31,075 nucleotides of DNA from the NCBI GenBank assembly GCA_050175015.1, contig JBFXJJ010000020.1, positions 1 through 31,075 of the forward strand. The letters run 5' to 3'. The position numbers and the translations under genes were made by a program. Under the pieces are notes generated by a model. The model was not told where the DNA came from. It worked only from the letters and a program-made list of their open reading frames with translations, and made no database searches. This stretch comes from Alphaproteobacteria bacterium. GTDB lineage: Bacteria > Pseudomonadota > Alphaproteobacteria > JBFXJJ01. This document shows, one piece after another, positions 9,052 through 16,936 of the stretch; the first letter of the stretch is position 1, and the number at the start of each line of letters is the position of its first letter.

Positions 9052-9460
9052 AAAAGATTATAATGAAATAACATTTTTAGATATATAAAAAAATAGGCAA
9101 TAAACCAATAGAATAAGAAATTAAAAAAATCAAAATACTTTAGAAATTATTGAAAAAGCTACTGCAAATTAACCAGCCTCAGTTGCCTTTTTTAGTTTTT
9201 TCAACAATCTAATTTTATTTTTTATGTAATTTGGGAATCTTGTTCCAAAATTGCAAGGTAAATTTTAAAAGGCAACTTTAAATATGGGTGTTTATGGGCG
9301 TGATTTTGGTTTTTAAACGCAATCTTGACAATAGCTTGTTTTATAAGGCTTTTATCTTTTTTTATTTTTAATTATCATTTTTTATAAAAATTTATCTGCA
9401 AAATGATTTTGGATTAAAATAAAACGCTTGAAATCATTGGAAAACATAGGCTTTATTATT

Positions 9461-9617
9461 AATTATCAAAAATTATCAAATTTTATCCAAGCTGTTTTTG
9501 CAGGTAGAAACATGCCCGCTTTTAAGGTAAATCTAGCAAAATAAAACTCTTAAAAATCAACAGCTTTATCAAAAATTATTAAATCTTATCAGCTTTTAGG
9601 GTTTATCAATTTTTATC
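9461..9617. repeat. Phased TTATC iteron array
   Basis: TTATC at 9463, 9473, 9483; 9566, (9576), 9586; 9603, 9613, in 10-bp steps. Confidence 0.65.
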
Positions 9618-9626
9618 ACGGTTTTA

Positions 9627-9706
9627 GAAGGCAGGATAGTATCAGCAATATTGCTAATATCCTGCCCATAAATGGGATTACCTTATTCGCAATTTCATTG
9701 CTCAAC
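9627..9706 (+). other. IncP oriT-like element, copy 1
   Basis: GGCAGGATAG...TATCCTGCC hairpin followed by CTTATTCGCA-N7-TGCTCAAC; both blocks and their spacing resemble RP4 oriT as recalled. Confidence 0.65.
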
Positions 9707-9760
9707 AAGGTTAAGTATGCACCAAAATACCTTTTAAAACTTTGGAAAGCAACAGACAAG

Positions 9761-11509
9761 CTACGTTCCAATATGTCTTTCTTGGTAATCATCAATGACA
9801 GCGACAATTCTATTAAGGATTGGTCTAAAACCATCAAAATTTATATTTTTATAGTTAGGTTTAATAACCTTTTCTGCAAAAATATGCTTTCCATACTGAT
9901 TTGTGTTGCCTGATGAAGTGTTTTCAACATTAAAAGTTTTGCCTTCAAGTGGTGTATTTAAAACGCTTTGTTCAAAAAAATCTTCTATTTTTGTTAGCTT
10001 ATTATCTATTTTGGGAATTGGAACAACATAAAGGTTTTCTTTGATATAATAGAAGTCTTTATCTCCTACTATTTCTTGGTCTGGATTTGCTTTTTTCTTT
10101 TTTTTCTTTTTATCATTATCGGAAGGAAAATAAATTTCTTTGATTGTAGAATATATCTCTCTTGCTCCATCATCATTATCAATTAAAAATATAACAGGGT
10201 GCTGTTTTCCGTTACATTTATAGGGCAATAAAAGCCGTTCATAGGCAGATATTAAATATTTCATACCACTTGTGCCTTCGGCTAAATTACAAACATTTGC
10301 TATTCTTTTGGTATAATTAAAAAATTTAAAATTATTTTTAATTATGTTGTTCTCTTGATAGGCAAGCTTAGGGTAATTTTGCCAAAGAATATTTACTGCA
10401 CATTTTATATAAACCTTGTCTGTTTTGCCTTCACAATAAATTACTGGTTTATCTAAAAAGTAAAAATTCTTAAAATAAATAAACTTCTCATATAATTTTC
10501 TTATTCCTTCAATTGTATTAGATGTTTTGCTTATATTCTTTACATAAAAAATATGCCCTAAAATGCCTTGAAGTTGATTAATAGTGTTTTTGGGTTTTGA
10601 TGTTTTTTCTTCACCTATTTCTTCTTGTTTAGAACCATTGATATAAAAACTACCAGTTCTAAATAATGAGTTACACATTGAACGAGCGTGATAATAATAT
10701 TCTTTTGTAACATTAGCTCTTTTATTAACCACCAAACCTGTAACCGATTGTCTTGAAAGTTTATACTGCATACGGCTTTTTTTAGAATTAATGCTAAAAC
10801 CTGAACCTTCAATAATTTTTGTTAATTCTTCGCCTGCACCCCATTTAGATTCTTCATCATTTAGTTTAAAAGCAACCTCGCATGGGAATGTTTTTTTGTT
10901 CGTAGAAAAAGTAATATCATCAGCATATCTTGAATATGTTAAGCCATATTTTTTTGCCAACTTTACTAGTCTAACATCTAATATCTGAGCAACTAAATTT
11001 GATATAACTGGGGAGCAAGGACTTCCTTGTGGTAATTGGTTATTGTAGCAGGCAATTTGGGCGATAATAGTTGCAACTTTTTCAGTTAAATTAAAATTAT
11101 TGTTTTTAATAAAAAAACCTCTTACACGACCGAAGTTAATTGATGGAAAAAAATCAGATAAATCGATATTAAAAACATAACGTTTCCCTGTATGAAGTTT
11201 GGCATTAGTTACTATTGATAAGTTTTTTTGGAATCCGTGAGAAATTGGCTTGTTTTTATGGTTTTTATTTATTTCTTCAACGCAATCATAAAGTAGTTCA
11301 GTTAATCGTTTTTGTAATAGTTTTAATTTTTCTGTAGGTGCTGTAATTTCTCTGTTGCCACCAGATTTTTTTGAGATTTCAAATTTAGTATATCTTTCTT
11401 CTTCTAAAATTTTATATAAAATAAAAGACAAATACTTAGGCTCATAGCCTAATAGTTTAGCCAAATCTTTTAAATTTGTTGTTTTTTTTAAATCTTCTAA
11501 CCTACTCAA
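9761..11509 (-). CDS. Retron Ec67-type reverse transcriptase fused to a TOPRIM nuclease (type I-C)
   Basis: NAKLH (NAxxH), DLSDFFPSI, LPQGSPCSP, YADD and VTGL motifs; C-terminal YCEGKTD...DNDDG TOPRIM; TTG start. Confidence 0.93.
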   Translation of the reverse strand: MSRLEDLKKTTNLKDLAKLLGYEPKYLSFILYKILEEERYTKFEISKKSGGNREITAPTEKLKLLQKRLTELLYDCVEEINKNHKNKPISHGFQKNLSIVTNAKLHTGKRYVFNIDLSDFFPSINFGRVRGFFIKNNNFNLTEKVATIIAQIACYNNQLPQGSPCSPVISNLVAQILDVRLVKLAKKYGLTYSRYADDITFSTNKKTFPCEVAFKLNDEESKWGAGEELTKIIEGSGFSINSKKSRMQYKLSRQSVTGLVVNKRANVTKEYYYHARSMCNSLFRTGSFYINGSKQEEIGEEKTSKPKNTINQLQGILGHIFYVKNISKTSNTIEGIRKLYEKFIYFKNFYFLDKPVIYCEGKTDKVYIKCAVNILWQNYPKLAYQENNIIKNNFKFFNYTKRIANVCNLAEGTSGMKYLISAYERLLLPYKCNGKQHPVIFLIDNDDGAREIYSTIKEIYFPSDNDKKKKKKKANPDQEIVGDKDFYYIKENLYVVPIPKIDNKLTKIEDFFEQSVLNTPLEGKTFNVENTSSGNTNQYGKHIFAEKVIKPNYKNINFDGFRPILNRIVAVIDDYQERHIGT

Positions 11510-11530
11510 AATAAAAAACCTTTAAAAATA

Positions 11531-11669
11531 AAGCTTATGGACACTCTTATGCGAGCACAGGGTTAAAGTATTATATTTTCCTCTGCCGTTCAAAGATTAT
11601 AGTAGCAAACGAAACCTAACAATGTTTCCTTATATCGTGATACACGATAACAAATCTGTCCATAAGCTT
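11531..11669 (-). ncRNA. Retron msr-msd non-coding RNA
   Basis: Perfect 13-bp inverted repeat AAGCTTATGGACA (11531-11543 and 11657-11669); unpaired G at 11656 in AGATTTGTT context as in Ec67; hairpin TATCGTG-TAT-CACGATA; directly upstream of the RT. Confidence 0.85.
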
Positions 11670-11710
11670 AAAAAATATATTAAAAGCTATTTTCTTAAAA
11701 TCAATTTAAA

Positions 11711-11802
11711 AATCGTTGAGCAACATCGTTGCGAATAAGAATTTTCCGCATTGGAACAAGGGGCAGGTGAAAAGTAGTATTACTTTTACTATCCTGCCCT
11801 CT
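11711..11802 (-). other. IncP oriT-like element, copy 2 (inverted relative to copy 1)
   Basis: Minus strand GGGCAGGATAGTAAAAGTAATACTACTTTTCACCTGCCC...CTTATTCGCA-ACGATGT-TGCTCAACGATT. Confidence 0.65.
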
Positions 11803-11964
11803 TAAATGCTGATAAATTTTAAGAAATTGTAATTTTTGATAAAAATTAAAAAACTCATATGTTCATCGCAAAAAACATATTGAAGAAAAATAACTTTGCT
11901 TAAAAGTTTAGCTGTGATATATTTTAATATATAACCATAATTTTTGATATATTGGAATATATTT

Positions 11965-12252
11965 ATGATAGCATCAATTAAACCGATTATTGCCCGATTA
12001 AAAAAGGCTCGAGAAGACAAAGGCTTAAATCAAAGAGCTTTAAGCTCTAAAATTGCTATTCCTCAAAGTCATATTTCAAAAATTGAAGCGGGCGATGTTG
12101 ATATAAAATTATCAAGTCTTGTTGAAATTGCAAGAAACCTTGATTTAGAGCTTATGCTTATACCAAGAGAAAAAGCAACGCTTGTAAATAATATAATAGA
12201 AAATAATGGAGATAATTCTTCGCCAGCCTATTCGTTAGATGATGAGGAATAA
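11965..12252 (+). CDS. hipB: HipB-like Xre-HTH antitoxin
   Basis: LKKAREDKGLNQRAL...IPQSHISKIEAG...KLSSL; 2 bp upstream of hipA. Start could extend to 11944. Confidence 0.8.
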   Translation: MIASIKPIIARLKKAREDKGLNQRALSSKIAIPQSHISKIEAGDVDIKLSSLVEIARNLDLELMLIPREKATLVNNIIENNGDNSSPAYSLDDEE

Positions 12253-12254
12253 AA

Positions 12255-13478
12255 ATGGCTGAAATTGATGTTTTAAAAATCTATTTAAATGATTATTTAG
12301 TTGGAACGCTTAACTTGCTTGCCTCTGATAGAAGCATTTTTATTTTTGATGAGAATTATTTAAACGACAAAAACCGTCCTGTTTTAAGCTTGTCTTTTAA
12401 AGATAAATTTGGCAAAATCATAACCAGTCAGCCGATTATTCAAACCAAGATACCGCCCTTTTTCTCAAATCTACTGCCAGAAGGTCATTTGCGAACATAT
12501 TTAGCTAATCTTGCTGGCGTTAAAGACAAACGAGAGTTCTTTTTACTAAAAGCGTTGGGGGAAGATTTATCGGGTGCGGTTATTGCTAAGCCTATTGAGA
12601 ATAATCCTTATTTAGATGAAACTCTTATCAATGAACAAAAAGCCGAAGAAAATCAAAATATTTTAAAGTTTTCATTGGCTGGCGTGCAGTTAAAATTTTC
12701 GGCTTTATTAGAAGCAAGCGGAGGCTTAACTATTCCAGCACATGGAGTTGGTGGTTCTTGGATTGTAAAACTTCCCTCTGCTAGTTTTGAAAACGTGCCA
12801 GAAAATGAATTTTCGATGATGATGCTGGCTAAAAAAATCGGCATTGATATTCCAGAAATTAAGCTGATAGACATTAAAAGCATTTCTAATCTTCCCGAAG
12901 GTATCGGGAGCATCAAAGGCAAAGCTTTGGCAGTTAAGCGTTTTGATAGAGATGATAACCAAAGGGTTCATATTGAAGATTTTGCTCAAATTTTTGGGCT
13001 TTTTCCTGAAGAAAAGTATGGTAAAGGCAGTTATAAAAATATTGCCGAAGTTATTTGGGCTGAAATCGGCGAAGACGGCATAACCGAATTTGTAAAAAGG
13101 CTCGTTTTCAATGCTTTAATCGGCAATGCAGATATGCATATGAAAAACTGGTCATTGATTTATAAGGACGGAAGAACCGCAAACCTTGCTCCTGCTTATG
13201 ATTTGGTTTCAACGATTGCCTATATTCCAGATAACAATATGTCGTTAAACTTGGTTAAATCTAAGAGGTTTGATGAATTAACCCTTGATGCCTTTAAACA
13301 TTTTGCTGGCAAAGCAAAACTTCCTGAAAAAATGGTTATCAAAACTGTTACTGAAACCGTTGAAGCTTTTAACGATTTATGGAAAGAAGCAATAAAAGAC
13401 CTGCCCCTTGCAAAATCAACCATTGAAACCATTGAAAAACATATGCAAACACTGCCAATTGCAAACCATAGAAACTAA
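12255..13478 (+). CDS. hipA: HipA-family Ser/Thr kinase toxin
   Basis: PPFFSNLLPEG, FSLAGVQLK, KRFDR, HIEDFAQ, GNADMHMKN and LAPAYD motifs. Confidence 0.95.
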   Translation: MAEIDVLKIYLNDYLVGTLNLLASDRSIFIFDENYLNDKNRPVLSLSFKDKFGKIITSQPIIQTKIPPFFSNLLPEGHLRTYLANLAGVKDKREFFLLKALGEDLSGAVIAKPIENNPYLDETLINEQKAEENQNILKFSLAGVQLKFSALLEASGGLTIPAHGVGGSWIVKLPSASFENVPENEFSMMMLAKKIGIDIPEIKLIDIKSISNLPEGIGSIKGKALAVKRFDRDDNQRVHIEDFAQIFGLFPEEKYGKGSYKNIAEVIWAEIGEDGITEFVKRLVFNALIGNADMHMKNWSLIYKDGRTANLAPAYDLVSTIAYIPDNNMSLNLVKSKRFDELTLDAFKHFAGKAKLPEKMVIKTVTETVEAFNDLWKEAIKDLPLAKSTIETIEKHMQTLPIANHRN

Positions 13479-13568
13479 TTCACAACCAGACATTATAAAT
13501 AGAAATCAAAAGTGGTTTGTGGTATTAAAAAACTAATCAAGAGAATAATTTAAACTTTGAGGCATGAC

Positions 13569-16313
13569 ATGAGTTTATCTTGGAATGAAATAAGAGATAG
13601 GTCTATAGAATTTCAAAAAGAATGGGAAAATGCTGGATATGAAAAAGGCGAAACTCAAAGTTTTTACAATGATTTTTTTCAGGTTTTTGGAGTAAATAGA
13701 AGAAGGGTTGCATCATTTGAAGAACCAGTTAAAAAATTAGGTGATAAAAGAGGTTTTATCGATTTATTTTGGAAGGGTAAGTTACTTGTTGAACAAAAAT
13801 CGAAAGGACGTGACTTAAAAAAAGCGAAAGAACAAGCATTAGACTACTTTCCCAATTTAAAGGACACGGAATTACCTCGTTATATCTTATTGTCTGATTT
13901 TCAAAATTTTGAGTTTTATGATTTAGAAGAAGATACTGAATATAACTTTCCTCTTAAAGAATTTTCCAAAAATATTCATTTGTTTGGTTTTATAATTGAT
14001 CGTGAAACATATAAAATTACAGAACAAGAAGAAATAAATATAAAGGCATCAGAATTACTTGGTAATTTGTTTGATGAATTAAAAACATCTGGCTATAGAG
14101 AACATGATATTGAATTATTTTTAGTAAGAGTTTTGTTTTGCTTGTTTGCTGAAGATACAGAAATTTTCAATTCTGGACAATTTACTCAATTTATTGAAAA
14201 GAAAACTAACATTGATGGGGCAGATTTAGGTTCGAAATTAGTTGAATTATTTCAAGTTTTAAATACCCATGAAAATAAACGAAATACTAACTTAGATGAT
14301 GATTTAAATGCATTTTGTTATATTAATGGCTCATTATTTGAAACTTTAACAACAATTCCTTCCTTTAATTCAAGTATGAGGAAAGCACTTTTAAAGTGCT
14401 GTCATTTTGATTGGAGCAAAATATCTCCAGCTATTTTTGGTTCATTATTTCAATCTGTTTCAAATCCTGAAAAAAGACGAACGCTAGGGGAGCATTATAC
14501 ATCTGAAAAAAACATCTTAAAAACTATAAAACCTTTATTTTTAGATGATTTATGGGCTGAATTTAAAAAGAACCGTAATAATAGAAATAAGTTAAAAGAG
14601 TTTCATAAAAAAATATCTAAATTGAAATTTTTAGACCCTGCTTGTGGTTGTGGCAATTTCTTGGTTATTAGTTATAGAGAAATTAGACGACTTGAAATAG
14701 AAGTATTAAAAGAATTAGGAAAAGAAAAAAAGCAGTTTGAATTAGATACTAAAATCCTTTCTTTATTTGATGTTGATAATTTTTATGGTATTGAAATTGA
14801 AGAATTTCCAGCAAAAATTGCAGAAGTTGCTATGTGGTTAACAGACCATCAAATGAATCTAGAATTGTCTAAAGCTTTTGGAAAATATTATGCTCGAATT
14901 CCACTAAAAAAATCTGCAAAAATAATAAATAAAAATGCTTTAAGATTTGATTGGACTGATATCGTTAAACCAAGTGAATTAAGTTATATTCTGGGCAACC
15001 CTCCCTTTATCGGCAAACAAGAGCAAGAAGAAGAACAAAAAAAAGATATAGAATTCGTTTTTAATAATTTTCAAAATGCAGGTGTGCTTGACTATGTATG
15101 TTGTTGGTATATTAAATCCGCTCAATACATAAAAGGAACTAATATAAAAGTCGGCTTTGTTTCAACTAACAGCATTACCCAAGGAGAGCAGGTTGGCATT
15201 TTATGGAACGAATTATTAAATAAATATAAAATTAAAATACATTTTGCTCACAGAACCTTTGCTTGGGATAATGAAGCAAGAGGTAAAGCCAAAGTGCATT
15301 GCGTTGTTATTGGCTTTGCCAACTTTGATACTAAAAACAAAACAATCTTTGATTACCCTAGTTCAAAATCAGATCCCATTGAAAGAAAAGCTAAAAACAT
15401 AAACCCCTATCTTGTTGATTACAAAGATACTTTATTGTTAAGCAGAAATAGTCCTATTTGTAATATTCCTGAAATTGTTTTTGGTAATATGCCTAATGAT
15501 GGCGGAAATTTCCTTTTCACAGAAGAAGAAAAAAAAGAATTTATTAAAAAAGAACCTAAAGCAAAAAAATATATCAAACACTTTTTAAGTGCTAAAGAGT
15601 TTATTAATGGAATTAATCGTTACTGCTTATGGCTAGTTGATGCAACTCCACAAGAATTAAAAGAAATGCCCCTTGTTATGGAAAGAATTAACAAAATTAA
15701 AAATAGGAGAACTAATAGCACTAGAAAAGAAACAAAATTATTAGCGGAATACCCAACAAAATTTGGAGAAATAAGGCAACCTCAAAAAGAGTATATTCTT
15801 ATTCCAAGACATTCGTCGGAAAGAAGAAAATATATACCATTAGGTTTTTTTAAGCCTAACTTTATTGTAGCCGATAGCTGTGCCTGTGTTCCAAACGCAA
15901 ATCTTTATCATTTTGGCATATTAACTTCAAAAATGCATATGACTTGGACACAAGCTGTTTGTGGAAGATTAAAAAGTGATTATCGTTATTCAAATACTAT
16001 TGTTTATAATAACTATCCATTTCCTAAAGAACCAACAAATAAAGCAGTTAAAAAAGTTGAGGAAAAAGCTCAAAAAATATTAGATGTTAGAAAAAAATAT
16101 AATGATTGTTCTCTTGCAACTCTTTATGACCCTAATTTTATGCCCCCTGACTTGGTAAAAGCACATAATGAATTAGATAAAGCAGTTGACGCTTGCTATG
16201 GATTTAAAAAAGAAACCGACTTAGAAAGAATTTCCTTTTTGTTCGAGCTATATGAAGAATACACTTGCGAGTTACTTTCTAAAACTAAAAAACAATCCAA
16301 GTCAAAACCATAA
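13569..16313 (+). CDS. MmeI-like type IIL restriction-modification enzyme (endonuclease, N6-adenine MTase, TRD)
   Basis: MSLSWNEIR N-terminus, GFIDLFW...LLVEQKS nuclease motif, DPACGCGNF motif I, GNPPF motif IV, GRLKSDYRYS. Confidence 0.92.
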   Translation: MSLSWNEIRDRSIEFQKEWENAGYEKGETQSFYNDFFQVFGVNRRRVASFEEPVKKLGDKRGFIDLFWKGKLLVEQKSKGRDLKKAKEQALDYFPNLKDTELPRYILLSDFQNFEFYDLEEDTEYNFPLKEFSKNIHLFGFIIDRETYKITEQEEINIKASELLGNLFDELKTSGYREHDIELFLVRVLFCLFAEDTEIFNSGQFTQFIEKKTNIDGADLGSKLVELFQVLNTHENKRNTNLDDDLNAFCYINGSLFETLTTIPSFNSSMRKALLKCCHFDWSKISPAIFGSLFQSVSNPEKRRTLGEHYTSEKNILKTIKPLFLDDLWAEFKKNRNNRNKLKEFHKKISKLKFLDPACGCGNFLVISYREIRRLEIEVLKELGKEKKQFELDTKILSLFDVDNFYGIEIEEFPAKIAEVAMWLTDHQMNLELSKAFGKYYARIPLKKSAKIINKNALRFDWTDIVKPSELSYILGNPPFIGKQEQEEEQKKDIEFVFNNFQNAGVLDYVCCWYIKSAQYIKGTNIKVGFVSTNSITQGEQVGILWNELLNKYKIKIHFAHRTFAWDNEARGKAKVHCVVIGFANFDTKNKTIFDYPSSKSDPIERKAKNINPYLVDYKDTLLLSRNSPICNIPEIVFGNMPNDGGNFLFTEEEKKEFIKKEPKAKKYIKHFLSAKEFINGINRYCLWLVDATPQELKEMPLVMERINKIKNRRTNSTRKETKLLAEYPTKFGEIRQPQKEYILIPRHSSERRKYIPLGFFKPNFIVADSCACVPNANLYHFGILTSKMHMTWTQAVCGRLKSDYRYSNTIVYNNYPFPKEPTNKAVKKVEEKAQKILDVRKKYNDCSLATLYDPNFMPPDLVKAHNELDKAVDACYGFKKETDLERISFLFELYEEYTCELLSKTKKQSKSKP

Positions 16314-16336
16314 TGACTAAAATATAGGTAAATGTT

Positions 16337-16936
16337 ATGCCCACACGCATAGAAACAAACTATTTTGAACTCGCTTTTTATATTATTGGCTCTTTTGGAG
16401 GTGCAGGAGCTATTATTTTGGCAGTATCTTCTTGGTTGGGCAAAATTTGGGCTAATCGTGTTATGGAAAAAGACCGAGCAAATTACTCTAAAGAGCTTGA
16501 AAAATTAAGAGCAGAACTTGAAAAATCAAACAACAAAGAAATTGAAGAGATTAAAAACGAACTTTCTATATATAAAGAGCAATATTTAAAAGGTTTTAAC
16601 GACAAGATTAATATTTATCGTATGGTAGTTGATATTGTATCTGAAGCTTTAGGAGAATTTAATGCCGCAGAGCTTACTAAAATACCTCTAAACATAAAAA
16701 CTCTTAATCAAATTGATCGATTACGCATAAAAGCCTATGGCTATCTTGCAATGATGGCTCCACAAAACGTTATGGATAAACAAGATGTCTTGATGGACTA
16801 CCTTTTAAATGTTGCTTATAGCAATGAAAAATATGATTGGAAACGAACCAGAGCTTATTCTTTGGATTTGTTAAATGAAATACGCAAAGATTTAAAATTT
16901 GATGAAAACCCTATAACGTATAATGGCAAACTATGA
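16337..16936 (+). CDS. Hypothetical protein with N-terminal TM helix and coiled coil
   Basis: Hydrophobic IIGSFGGAGAIILAVSSWLG then an E/K/L-rich segment; ATGA overlap with the next gene. Confidence 0.75.
   Translation: MPTRIETNYFELAFYIIGSFGGAGAIILAVSSWLGKIWANRVMEKDRANYSKELEKLRAELEKSNNKEIEEIKNELSIYKEQYLKGFNDKINIYRMVVDIVSEALGEFNAAELTKIPLNIKTLNQIDRLRIKAYGYLAMMAPQNVMDKQDVLMDYLLNVAYSNEKYDWKRTRAYSLDLLNEIRKDLKFDENPITYNGKL

Noticed and set aside
9140-9212. Imperfect inverted repeat resembling a MITE or IS footprint
   Set aside because: AT-rich, gapped, single copy, with no clear target duplication; it may simply be a terminator.
9616-9913. Short ORFs 9616..9837 (-) and 9698..9913 (+)
   Set aside because: They overlap the RT 3' end and the oriT-like element and show no motifs.
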